Positions 40,790 through 50,223 of a stretch of 64,000 bases of DNA are shown one piece after another; position 1 is the first letter of the stretch, and every line of letters begins with the position of its first letter. Source of the DNA: Promethearchaeota archaeon. Its GTDB lineage: Archaea > Asgardarchaeota > Lokiarchaeia > Sigyniarchaeales > SOKP01. Location: NCBI GenBank assembly GCA_016839705.1, contig JAEOTR010000016.1:73556-137555 (forward strand). Reading direction: 5' to 3'. A program made the translations under genes and the position numbers. The notes below the pieces were generated by a model, which saw nothing but the letters and a program-made list of their open reading frames with translations, had not been told where the DNA came from and made no database searches.

Positions 40790-41542
40790 CTAAATGCTAA
40801 GATTTAACAGGTTCAGAATTTCTCTTAATTTAGTAATACTTATTTGACCTGATGCCGTTTTTTCTAAATAGGAACCATATGTTAAGAAAGACTTGCTAAA
40901 ATTGCACAAAATTCTTGACAATAGTCCCACTTCACCCATGCAAAAGGAGATTAATCTTAATTTTTTACTTGATTTTATTTTGCATAATTGTAAAGGAATT
41001 AAATTATCCTCAAAAGATTGAGCTGTAAATATAAGTTTGAAAATGCCTTTTTCTACAATCTTTTGATCAATTTGAACGTTTTGTTTCAACTTTTTCAAAG
41101 AATCTTCTAAAATTTCAACTGCTACATCGTAAGTAGGAGTTTTTTCAAAATCGTGAAGAGAAAATATTAGGTTTACCTTATTATGTGATGCTAAGCGAAT
41201 TATTTCACTTAAAATACTACTTTCAGTATTAATTTCAATATCAAGATATCTTGGCTCTGATTCAATTATAATTTTTATTATTTGAAGTCGCTTACTGACT
41301 TCAATTTCTATCTGTCCACCTTCAGAGTAATCTCTAAAAGTACAGATCACGGGAATTTTTGGTTGAATTCGATTTATTAGATCAATTATAAAATCTTTAG
41401 TAATTTTTTGGATATCGGAAATATAATCAAATCTTAGTTCGATAAAGTCGGGATTAAGAATTATAACTTTTTCAATAGTTGGGGCGATCTCGCTGACCAC
41501 TACAGATTTAATTGGGATTGGTACACAAATATTGTACTTCAT
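40790..41542 (-). CDS. aroD: Type I 3-dehydroquinate dehydratase
   Basis: IELRFD, ICTFR...EGG, SLHDFEKTP, FCMG...SR, ASGQ. Confidence 0.9.
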   Translation of the reverse strand: MKYNICVPIPIKSVVVSEIAPTIEKVIILNPDFIELRFDYISDIQKITKDFIIDLINRIQPKIPVICTFRDYSEGGQIEIEVSKRLQIIKIIIESEPRYLDIEINTESSILSEIIRLASHNKVNLIFSLHDFEKTPTYDVAVEILEDSLKKLKQNVQIDQKIVEKGIFKLIFTAQSFEDNLIPLQLCKIKSSKKLRLISFCMGEVGLLSRILCNFSKSFLTYGSYLEKTASGQISITKLREILNLLNLSI

Positions 41543-41569
41543 AGTAAGAAATTAATTTCCTAATAAAAA

Positions 41570-42214
41570 TTAAATATTCAATATTTCTTTTATATCTTTT
41601 TCGGTGAATTTCAAGGTGTTTTCAGCGTTTACTTTTTTGAGGATTCCCATTTTTTTATAATACTTAATAATCGGCTTTGCATTCTTTTCATAAGCATCTA
41701 ATCTGTTTTTCAGTGTTTCTTCATTATCATCACTTCGTTGTTCAAATTTTATTTCAGAACCACATGCATCACATATACCTTCTACCTTAGGTGGAAGAGT
41801 ATATTTATTGTAAAGCTTATTACAATTAGGACAGGCGTATCTACCTAATATTCTTTTCATTATTAAGTCTCTTGGAACTTCTAGTAGAAGTAATAGATCA
41901 ACTTCAGTTATATTTGTTAACGCTTTTGCCTGAGATATCGTACGAGGGAATCCATCAAGAATGAAACCTTCTGCCTTCACATCTTCTCTAGTCAGTCGAT
42001 CTCGTACCATCTCGATAGTCACATCATCAGGAACTAGCTCACCTTTATCCATATAGCCTTTAGCTTTCAATCCTAAGGGTGTTTCATTTTTCAAGTTTTC
42101 CCTAAATATATCTCCTGTACTGATATGAATAATATCTGGCAAAACTTTTCTAATCTGTGAACTAAAGGTACCTTTTCCCGCGCCAGGCGGACCAAACAGT
42201 ATTAATTTTTTCAT
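41570..42214 (-). CDS. adk: Adenylate kinase, bacterial/eukaryotic type with zinc LID
   Basis: GPPGAGKGT, HISTGDIFR, LDGFPR, CPNC...CDAC, RSDD. Confidence 0.95.
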   Translation of the reverse strand: MKKLILFGPPGAGKGTFSSQIRKVLPDIIHISTGDIFRENLKNETPLGLKAKGYMDKGELVPDDVTIEMVRDRLTREDVKAEGFILDGFPRTISQAKALTNITEVDLLLLLEVPRDLIMKRILGRYACPNCNKLYNKYTLPPKVEGICDACGSEIKFEQRSDDNEETLKNRLDAYEKNAKPIIKYYKKMGILKKVNAENTLKFTEKDIKEILNI

Positions 42215-42248
42215 AATTATCTAGTAAAATTAATAGAATAAAAAAAAC

Positions 42249-42836
42249 TTAACCCGTAAAATAGGATTTTTCCACTTCTTTTATCAAATTTTCCACTTGT
42301 CTCTTTTCTCTCCTACTAAAAAGAGTAGCAAAATCTTTTTTTATTGAAGAACCATAATAAGAATTTCCAAAAAAGGTACTGGATTTATCTATTGCTCGTA
42401 ATAATAATTTTAAACCTCCCATGTGAAGATATATTGAAATATCATTAATAATAATTATAGAAGTTGGTTCTTCATTAAAAGAATTAAGTACTTTAACGGT
42501 CTTCTTAAAATTTTCATATGCATTTTGGTACAATTCAGTTTTATTACTTGATTTAAAGCGGGGAGGGATAATTTCTCCTTTAAATGAGATATTCCTACAT
42601 TTGGTACTACCTGTGTAGAAATCTAGGATTTTTCCCCCAATTTTTAGATGGTTAAATGTTGTTAATTTGGGAGCAAAATCTAAAATACTAACATCCTTAG
42701 GTGATGCATTTTTTGATTCTAAAAGATATTGAACGAATTTAGATGTTAGGTAAGTCTTTTTTGTATTAGTATCTCCATATAATAAAGTATGGTGACCAAA
42801 AAATTCATTAAAATCTAAATCTTCACGGTGCGTCAT
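42249..42836 (-). CDS. Hypothetical protein with degenerate P-loop
   Basis: TLLYGDTNTKKT, ILDFAP, IIINDISIY. Confidence 0.55.
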   Translation of the reverse strand: MTHREDLDFNEFFGHHTLLYGDTNTKKTYLTSKFVQYLLESKNASPKDVSILDFAPKLTTFNHLKIGGKILDFYTGSTKCRNISFKGEIIPPRFKSSNKTELYQNAYENFKKTVKVLNSFNEEPTSIIIINDISIYLHMGGLKLLLRAIDKSSTFFGNSYYGSSIKKDFATLFSRREKRQVENLIKEVEKSYFTG

Positions 42837-42867
42837 AAATAAAATTGAAAAGCATTAAATTTAATAT

Positions 42868-43434
42868 TTAAAAGAAATCTTCCCATGTTATTTTTGCTCG
42901 TTTTAAAACTACTAAAACAAGAAAGCCCATTATCGCTCCAGGAATAGAGCTCAATGCAAATAAGCTCCAATATATATATAGGCTTTCTACTGTAAAAATA
43001 GTCCCAATTGGCGCAATTAAATGCCCTATAGTCCCACCTAAGAAAACCGTACCAATAGGTTCAGCTAATGCTGCAAATTCTAAGTATTTTGGATAATTTT
43101 TACGTAGAAAATAAGATATGGTACCAACAACAACTGCACCCGTTATTCCTCCATGAAAAGCATGGATTGTGCCAATCGAAAGTGAGAATCGAAGTGATGC
43201 AATCCCAAGAGCAGTAATGCACGATGAAGTAAGTCCGATTAGAACCCCTGTAATAGCATTAAAGAAGTGTGCAAAAGGATTAATTTTAGTTCCAAATATA
43301 GTAAAATAAGCAAAGGGATTAATAAAACTTAAAACTAATCCTACGGCAATAAAAATTGCTATTGCTGCTACTTTTTTAGTCAAAAAATCCGAAGGAAATA
43401 CAATTTCTTTAACATTAGACCTATTTTCGCTCAA
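42868..43434 (-). CDS. thiW: ECF transporter S component ThiW
   Basis: PFAHFFNAITGVLIG, LRFSLSIGT, AEPIGT, SSIPGA; adjacent to thiN. Confidence 0.82.
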   Translation of the reverse strand: MSENRSNVKEIVFPSDFLTKKVAAIAIFIAVGLVLSFINPFAYFTIFGTKINPFAHFFNAITGVLIGLTSSCITALGIASLRFSLSIGTIHAFHGGITGAVVVGTISYFLRKNYPKYLEFAALAEPIGTVFLGGTIGHLIAPIGTIFTVESLYIYWSLFALSSIPGAIMGFLVLVVLKRAKITWEDFF

Positions 43435-43521
43435 TTTAAAATCAACCGATATTACTCTTCTAAATTATTAAAAATTATGATTTTCTATATAAAGTTTGTT
43501 TTTGCTTTTAAAGGCGGTATC

Positions 43522-44121
43522 TTAGTCATTATTGATTAATTCAAAAATTTTCTGAAGCTTTTCAATAATATCAGCTGAACTCTTCCCAAATAACCGTATC
43601 ATTGGTTCTTTACCAATAGATCCTCTATCCCAGATGATATCCGAAATCTTACCATTCCTATCTATACTTTCTTTAATTAACCACTGCATCGTAGAAAATT
43701 CCTTTTGCTTAATTTCTTCTGGTTCTTTTTCTCGATTAATTTCTTTTAATTCCAAATCCGTTTTTTTCTGAATATCTTCTATTAATTCTGGGGTATATTT
43801 TAAATTCATGACAAAATTAACTGATGTATCAAACTCTTTTGCTGTAAGAAGTAATCGTGCTGTATGTTCAGCAACTCCAAATTTAATATCTCCTGCGGCT
43901 ATAGGAAGACCATCAACAATGGTTATTCTCCCATCAATTCCAGCCACATCTCCCTTTTTTTTGGCATCTGGTAAAGCTCCTGCGATGTTTGTTCTTACTT
44001 CTGGTATTAATTTTATGAATTTCTTTATTTTTATGAAACTGTATATTTCTTTGATCTGGTCAATAACTTCTAATTTTTCTTCAGAATTAGGTGGTTCTCT
44101 AAGCTCGTTGTTTTCCATCAA
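43522..44121 (-). CDS. thiN: ThiN-type thiamine-phosphate synthase domain protein
   Basis: LIPEVRTNI, VAGIDGRI, FGVAEHTAR, GKEPMIRLFG. Confidence 0.85.
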   Translation of the reverse strand: MMENNELREPPNSEEKLEVIDQIKEIYSFIKIKKFIKLIPEVRTNIAGALPDAKKKGDVAGIDGRITIVDGLPIAAGDIKFGVAEHTARLLLTAKEFDTSVNFVMNLKYTPELIEDIQKKTDLELKEINREKEPEEIKQKEFSTMQWLIKESIDRNGKISDIIWDRGSIGKEPMIRLFGKSSADIIEKLQKIFELINND

Positions 44122-44189
44122 ATCTATAAGGAATATAAGTTTATTTAATTTATCGTTTATTCAATCAATTGGATGGAGAGAACAGCCTT

Positions 44190-44879
44190 ATGATACAAAT
44201 AGGAGATACTTTGATAAATCCAACAAAGATTATATGTTTGGGTACTAACTACATGGATCATGTAGAAGAGACAGGATTAGAAGTTCCAGAAGAACCTCTA
44301 ATTTTTCCTAAGACATTAAATTGTTTAATTACTCATAACCAACCCATAATCTATCCAAAATACCTTTACAACAATAGAAAGTATAATAGGGTGGATTATG
44401 AAGTAGAATTAGCTTTTATTGTTAAGGATAAATGTAAAAACATTTCTGCTGAGAATGCTTATGATCATATTTTAGGTTATACTGTTTTTAATGATGTAAC
44501 CGCTCGTAAAATGCAGACAAAGGACATTATTTCGCAAAAACCGTGGTTTAGATCGAAGTCCTTCGATAGTTTCGGACCAATTGGTCCTGTGATAAAAAAG
44601 GTTGATGAGATTAAAGATCCTCATAACCTTGATATCGAATTGAAGGTGAATGGAAAAACAAAACAATCATCAAATACAACACATCTATTATTTAAGATAC
44701 CCGAGATTTTCGAATATATTACTAAATTTTTTACTATGGAACCTGGTGATATCGTTGCTACAGGTACTCCTGGTGGAATAGGTCCTGTTAATCCTGGAGA
44801 TTTGATTGAAGCAAAAATAGAAAAGATAGGCACTCTTACAAATAAAGTAATTTTGGAAGGAGAAGAAGCGAATTTATGA
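44190..44879 (+). CDS. Fumarylacetoacetate hydrolase family protein
   Basis: KIICLGTNY..H, DYEVEL, NDVTAR, KSFDSF, GDIVATGTP. Confidence 0.92.
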   Translation: MIQIGDTLINPTKIICLGTNYMDHVEETGLEVPEEPLIFPKTLNCLITHNQPIIYPKYLYNNRKYNRVDYEVELAFIVKDKCKNISAENAYDHILGYTVFNDVTARKMQTKDIISQKPWFRSKSFDSFGPIGPVIKKVDEIKDPHNLDIELKVNGKTKQSSNTTHLLFKIPEIFEYITKFFTMEPGDIVATGTPGGIGPVNPGDLIEAKIEKIGTLTNKVILEGEEANL

Positions 44880-45553
44880 GAATTGGAAATACAGAATTCA
44901 ACCCAACTAAAATCATTTGTATCGGGCGTAATTATTTAGAGCATGCTAAGGAACTAAATTCTCCAGTGCCCACCGAGCCGGTGTTTTTTGTAAAGACTCT
45001 AAACTCTATTATCACCAATGGAGCGCCAATAATATATCCTCGAATTCTATATGAAAATGAAGAATTCAACAGAGTGGACCATGAAGTAGAACTTGCTTTC
45101 ATCATGCAGAAGAACTGTAAAAAAATTTCGGCTACAAATGCTTATGATTATATTCAAGGTTATACTATTTTTCTAGATATAACAGCTAGGAAAATGCAAA
45201 TTAAGGATCGTAATTTGAACTTACCGTGGTACAGAAGTAAAAATTTCGATTCTTTCGGAGTTTTGGGACCACATATAGCTCCTTTAAATGAAATTAGTGA
45301 TCCTCATAACCTCAATATTGAATTAAAAATTGATGGTGTTGTAAAGCAATCATCAAATACAAAATACATGATTTTTAAAATTCCACAGTTATTAGAATAT
45401 CTTTCTAGTTTTGTAACTCTTGAGAAAGGGGATATAATTGCTACTGGTACCCCAAGTGGGGTAGGACCAATTCAACCAGGGGATAATATTGAAGCATCTA
45501 TTGAAAAGATTGGAAAGATTATACATCAAGTCGTTTTAGAAAAAGAAGATTAA
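44876..45553 (+). CDS. Fumarylacetoacetate hydrolase family protein (tandem paralog)
   Basis: KIICIGRNY..H, DHEVEL, DITAR, KNFDSF, GDIIATGTP. Confidence 0.92.
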   Translation: MRIGNTEFNPTKIICIGRNYLEHAKELNSPVPTEPVFFVKTLNSIITNGAPIIYPRILYENEEFNRVDHEVELAFIMQKNCKKISATNAYDYIQGYTIFLDITARKMQIKDRNLNLPWYRSKNFDSFGVLGPHIAPLNEISDPHNLNIELKIDGVVKQSSNTKYMIFKIPQLLEYLSSFVTLEKGDIIATGTPSGVGPIQPGDNIEASIEKIGKIIHQVVLEKED

Positions 45554-45717
45554 ATTTTATTCTTCAATTGAGTTTAAGACTAAATCTCATTTTCATTAAC
45601 GACATATATGATTATATTTTTGGTCTAAAAAACTTGTAGCTTTTATTGTTATTTATTAAAATTTTCTTAACCTCAATTTTTCAATAACTAATATAGTATT
45701 CTAAGAGTGTAAAATAT

Positions 45718-46908
45718 ATGAAATTAAAAAAAAAGTCAATAGTATTAATTTTCTTGACGGTTTCTATGTTTTCAGGGATAATTATGACAAACTCTTTAGC
45801 TAAGACTAATTTTATGAGATGGTGTGAAACTAATGACCAATCATATGTAGATGTTAGAGTTCCGGATTATTATTCATTGGGAGTTCTAAAAGCTCAATAT
45901 TGTGATCAACAGATTATTAAGTTAGATTATGCGATAAAAGGTTTGATTCAAACTCTTGGTATTCCTCTTGATTATTGTTACCACTTAGCTAGTCTTTATA
46001 ATGCGCAGATTCCACAAGATTACAAGAATGAACTTCAAGGGATTGCTGATTCGATACCAACTTTAACTTATTATGATGTGGTATTACAAGTCTGTTTATT
46101 TGATGGTTTCTATGGTCAAATTATACCTTCGAAGACAGGAGTAAATATACCCCCCATACATCTAGGGGGTTGTACGGTTGTGGCTTCCAAAAATACTGAT
46201 GAGACTATAACAATTGGTCAAAACATGGATCTTTCATATTATTTCAAAGATACTCTATATTTTATTAAGTATAAAATAAAAGGAAAACAACCAGTGTTTG
46301 CAATGTACATGGGGGCGTGTCATTTGGTTGGAATTACTAAGAAGGTGAGCTCTGTCTTAAATCTTATAGAAACCGTTGTTCATGGTGAAATTTGCATGCC
46401 AACCTCTATTAAAAGACGACTTTCTTTAGAATCGAGTAAGAATGCCTTCGAATATCAAGAAATCATGATAAATAATGGGTTTGCGTCCAGCTGGAATTGG
46501 TTAATTGGTGATAAATACAACAACCTTATTGCTTGTGAGAGTATACCAGCTGTATATAATGACCAAATTCTGAGTTGTGGTGAAGCAATCGTTAAATCTA
46601 ACACTTATAAAACACCTGAATATATTCCATATTTACTGAAACCTTCTTATTCCTTAGAACGCCAAGCGAAAGCGGAAGACCTAACCTCAAAGGCTATGAA
46701 TGATGGTATTCTTACATTAGATGAATTGTTTGGGGATGTTTTATCATTCCGAGATGGAACAGATGCGTCAATAACCAGATTGCCAGGAGATAATTCTAAT
46801 GATCCAATAATAACTTCCACAATTGCCTTTATGGGTTTAAAAGGAAAGGATGGAAGGTTTGGAGTCGGGAATCCTCTTGAGAGTAGTTGGGGTGTAATTC
46901 CCCTCTAA
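45718..46908 (+). CDS. Secreted C45-family Ntn-hydrolase (autoproteolytic acyltransferase/peptidase)
   Basis: Signal peptide, ELQGIAD, GG-CT cleavage/nucleophile site, GQNMD. Confidence 0.8.
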   Translation: MKLKKKSIVLIFLTVSMFSGIIMTNSLAKTNFMRWCETNDQSYVDVRVPDYYSLGVLKAQYCDQQIIKLDYAIKGLIQTLGIPLDYCYHLASLYNAQIPQDYKNELQGIADSIPTLTYYDVVLQVCLFDGFYGQIIPSKTGVNIPPIHLGGCTVVASKNTDETITIGQNMDLSYYFKDTLYFIKYKIKGKQPVFAMYMGACHLVGITKKVSSVLNLIETVVHGEICMPTSIKRRLSLESSKNAFEYQEIMINNGFASSWNWLIGDKYNNLIACESIPAVYNDQILSCGEAIVKSNTYKTPEYIPYLLKPSYSLERQAKAEDLTSKAMNDGILTLDELFGDVLSFRDGTDASITRLPGDNSNDPIITSTIAFMGLKGKDGRFGVGNPLESSWGVIPL

Positions 46909-46912
46909 TATT

Positions 46913-46948
46913 AAGGGTTATAAATACCCTTTCAAATCTTTTTTTTTC
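46913..46948 (+). terminator. Hairpin plus T-tract after the C45 gene
   Basis: AAGGGT-N7-ACCCTT followed closely by a T run. Confidence 0.45.
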
Positions 46949-47066
46949 GTGATTTCTTAACAAAATGGCTTTAGCATAGAAATTTCCATTTAATAAAAAG
47001 TATTAAATTTTGAGAATTATATTTTATGAATTAAACTTTTTTAAGAATAACTATTTTTTATAGATC

Positions 47067-47252
47067 ATGGAGATTGAAGTTAGCGAAGAAGCAAAGAGGG
47101 AAATACTTAAATTAATCTCCACTCCTGGAGTTGAAATTGAAGAGATTGTTAAAAAAGTTAAGCTAGATTATGATATTATAATGAATTTTTTATCTGATGA
47201 ATTTTTAAAACATAATTTAGATTATGGCAGAAGAATCTGTTGCCGGTATTAA
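47067..47252 (+). CDS. Small hypothetical protein (possible HTH, ends RRICCRY)
   Basis: ATG start, protein-like composition, isolated in an intergenic gap. Confidence 0.55.
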   Translation: MEIEVSEEAKREILKLISTPGVEIEEIVKKVKLDYDIIMNFLSDEFLKHNLDYGRRICCRY

Positions 47253-47322
47253 AGCTTGTTTATTTTAATAAAACTTATTAATTTTTGTACATTTCTAAAT
47301 TCACTAAGTTCAAAACATTATA

Positions 47323-47411
47323 AAGGACTTAGGACGCAAATTAATGCGGTTTCAATATATTATTGATATTGAAATGAGTTATAACAATCTTAATTTAGCG
47401 TTCTTAACCTT
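47323..47411 (+). promoter_or_regulatory. Structured 5' leader of the rpl11-rpl1-rpl10-rpl12 operon
   Basis: AAGG/CCTT, AGGACGC/GCGTTCT and AAATTAA/TTAATTT nested helices enclosing the hairpin TTTCAATAT/ATATTGAAA. Confidence 0.5.
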
Positions 47412-47456
47412 GAATAAGTTTTGATGAGAAGTAACTAGAAAAAACAGTGAGAATAA

Positions 47457-47954
47457 GTGAGTGAAAAAGGAAAAGTAATTGTAATGGCTCTTGTCACTGG
47501 TGGTAGCGCGTCAGGAGGACCACCTATTGGGCCTGCAGTTGGACCCACTGGTATAAATATCAAAGATGTCGTTGATGAGATAAATGATCAAACAATGGTC
47601 TTTAAAGGGTTAACTGTACCCGTAAGAATAGAATGTGATCCTGAAACAAAACAATTTGAAATTTTTGTAGAAACTCCTTCTACAGCTTCATTATTACTTA
47701 AAGAAGCAGGAGTAGAGAAAGGGAGTTCATCGTGTGCAGAAGAAAAAATTGGTGATCTAACGTTTGAACAGATTGTTAAAGTCGTTGAAGCAAAGAAAGA
47801 AAAATTTTTGGATAAAACGTTTAAATCTGCGGTTAAAACAGCTCTAGGTACCGCTTTGTCTGTTGGAATAACAGTTGAAGGAGAAGATCCAAGAGAAATT
47901 CAAAAAAAATTAGAAAATGGTGAATTTGATAACCAAATTAAAGGTGAGTTGTAA
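47457..47954 (+). CDS. rpl11: 50S ribosomal protein uL11
   Basis: GGSASGGPPIGPAVGPTG, GTALSVGITVEG. Confidence 0.96.
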   Translation: MSEKGKVIVMALVTGGSASGGPPIGPAVGPTGINIKDVVDEINDQTMVFKGLTVPVRIECDPETKQFEIFVETPSTASLLLKEAGVEKGSSSCAEEKIGDLTFEQIVKVVEAKKEKFLDKTFKSAVKTALGTALSVGITVEGEDPREIQKKLENGEFDNQIKGEL

Positions 47955-47956
47955 AA

Positions 47957-48688
47957 GTGAAGGTAGATGATAAATTATTAAGAAAATCCCTCAGTACCGC
48001 AATAGACTTTTCAACTATTAAGAAAGAAGGTTTCAAAGATAAAGTTCGAAAGTTTGATGAAACAATTGATCTTATCATTAACATAAAAGATGTGAATCTG
48101 AATGATCCAAAAAACAGAATTGATAAAGAAATAATCCTCTCGTATAAAGTGATTGCTGAAGAAAAACCAAATATATGTGTGATAGCTTCAGATGAAATAT
48201 TAAGTGAAGCTAAAAAGGCAGGTATTGATACTCTCGATGCAGATGGGCTGGTTAAATTAAATAATGAAGAAAAGAAGTACAAAAAGAAATTTGCCAAAAA
48301 ATATGAATTTTTTATAGTAGAATCAAAGATGATGCGAGATGTAGCTCGTTATCTAGCCCGATTTCTAGGTCCTTTAGGGAAAATGCCAAAACCTTTCCCT
48401 ACAGGCTATGGAATTATTTCTAATCCTGAAGATTTGATGGTTGCATTCGAAAGATATAAGAAAGTAGTTAGAATTCAAATGAAAAAACAGCCAATAATCT
48501 TTGCTAAAGTAGGGAGAAAATCAATGGACATAGAAAAATTGTTTGAGAATATAAAAACTGTAGTTAGCTTTATTGCTGATCAAATGCCTCATAAATATAA
48601 TAATTTTAAATCTATGTATTTAAAAAGTACAATGGGGCGCCCATGTAAAGTAGATGAAGCTTTTCTAAAAAGTCTAGAGGTGAGTTAG
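47957..48688 (+). CDS. rpl1: 50S ribosomal protein uL1
   Basis: RKFDETIDL, LGPLGKMP, KSTMG. Confidence 0.95.
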   Translation: MKVDDKLLRKSLSTAIDFSTIKKEGFKDKVRKFDETIDLIINIKDVNLNDPKNRIDKEIILSYKVIAEEKPNICVIASDEILSEAKKAGIDTLDADGLVKLNNEEKKYKKKFAKKYEFFIVESKMMRDVARYLARFLGPLGKMPKPFPTGYGIISNPEDLMVAFERYKKVVRIQMKKQPIIFAKVGRKSMDIEKLFENIKTVVSFIADQMPHKYNNFKSMYLKSTMGRPCKVDEAFLKSLEVS

Positions 48689-48692
48689 AAAG

Positions 48693-49580
48693 ATGATCAA
48701 AAAAGCGCGTATTCCACAATGGAAATTAGAGGAAATTAATACATTGAAGGATTTATTTAAAGAATATAAAAATATTGCCGTTATCGAAGTTGGTCGCATA
48801 CATGATATACAAATTCAATCAACCCGTAAGATCTTAAGAGGAAAAGCGGTTTTTCGAATGTCAAAAAAATCTTTGCAGCTTCGAGCGATTGATGCATTTA
48901 AAAAAGAATCAAAGAAATCAAATTTAGATGAATTAGCAAATAATATTCCTGGTCAATCAAGTTTGATATTTACAAATCTTGATTTTATGGAGTTAAAAAA
49001 GATCTTTCATGAAAATGAGTGGATGGTTCCAGCAAAACCAAATGAAATAACACCTGTAGATATCTGGGTTCCTGAAGGAGATACTGGGTTACCCACAGGA
49101 CAAGTCATAAGTGAACTGAATATGACTTTAAAACTCCCTACAAGAATAATGAATGATACCATTCATATACGTGAAGACACAAGAACACACAAAGTTGGTG
49201 ATTTAGTTACTGTTAAACAAGCAGCCGTTCTGAAGAAATTAGGGATAACTCCGATAGAATCACTAATTAAAATACATTATGCTTGGAGTGATGGAGAAAT
49301 TATACCCATAGATATCCTCTATATGGATGTAGAAGAATTTAAAAGAGAAGTCATTATAGCCTATAAAGAAGCACTTAGTATTGCCTTTGAAATGCCATTC
49401 TACATAGAAAATATGCATGAAGACTATATAAGGAAAGCTGCTTCTGAAGCTAATACTCTCGAAACAATGATTTTTGGTGAGGGAATCACTGTTCCGGCTG
49501 AACCCAAACCTAAAGTTGAAGAAAAAGAACCTGAGGAGGAACCTGAAGAAGAAGTGGGGATTGGCGGGTTATTTGGTTAA
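48693..49580 (+). CDS. rpl10: 50S ribosomal protein uL10 (P0)
   Basis: IPQWKLEEI, GDTG, acidic tail ending GIGGLFG. Confidence 0.95.
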   Translation: MIKKARIPQWKLEEINTLKDLFKEYKNIAVIEVGRIHDIQIQSTRKILRGKAVFRMSKKSLQLRAIDAFKKESKKSNLDELANNIPGQSSLIFTNLDFMELKKIFHENEWMVPAKPNEITPVDIWVPEGDTGLPTGQVISELNMTLKLPTRIMNDTIHIREDTRTHKVGDLVTVKQAAVLKKLGITPIESLIKIHYAWSDGEIIPIDILYMDVEEFKREVIIAYKEALSIAFEMPFYIENMHEDYIRKAASEANTLETMIFGEGITVPAEPKPKVEEKEPEEEPEEEVGIGGLFG

Positions 49581-49647
49581 AAAAAAATAGATAAGTAATA
49601 AAATTATGAATATAAAATTAAAAGTATTAAATTGGAGGTTTTAAGAT

Positions 49648-49938
49648 ATGGAAAGTGTCTATGCTGCATTATTGCTTCATAAGGTTGGAGGAAAAATTAC
49701 CGAAGCAAATGTAGAAAAAGTATTGACTGCTGCAGGTGCAAAAGCTGATAAAACAGAAATAGCAAAACTGATTGCTGGGTTAAAACAAACAGATATTGAT
49801 GATATTATAAAGTCTGCTGGTACTGCGTCTGTTATGACTGCTCCTGCTGGAGGCAAAGCTGAGAAAAAGAAGGAAGCTAAGAAGGAAAAAGAAGAAGAAG
49901 TTGAGGAAGAGCCCACAGGGATTGGATCACTCTTTTAG
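49648..49938 (+). CDS. rpl12: Ribosomal stalk protein P1/aL12
   Basis: MESVYAALLLH, EEE...GIGSLF. Confidence 0.96.
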   Translation: MESVYAALLLHKVGGKITEANVEKVLTAAGAKADKTEIAKLIAGLKQTDIDDIIKSAGTASVMTAPAGGKAEKKKEAKKEKEEEVEEEPTGIGSLF

Positions 49939-50223
49939 AACCCTTGAAAATCGATTTAATTCAGTTAATATACCAAAATCGATTACCTGATGTAATTCCT
50001 CGAAGACCAATTTTTTTTATTTTTATTATTTTTCAAAAATTAAAAAGAATATTCTCAAACAGTAGTTTTTTTAGATTGCCTTAATTAAACCAAGTTTTCA
50101 AATCATAAACTTTTTTTAAAATTCTATTTTTTTAAAATTACTGATTAGTTTTGAGATTTTAATAATATTTATTTAAATGGCCTACAATATTAAACCGAAA
50201 AAAACTCACGTTGTTGTATAAAT

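Noticed and set aside
49947-49984. Short direct repeat AAAATCGATT x2 after rpl12
   Set aside because: Only two 10-bp AT-rich copies; not a CRISPR array or recognisable element.
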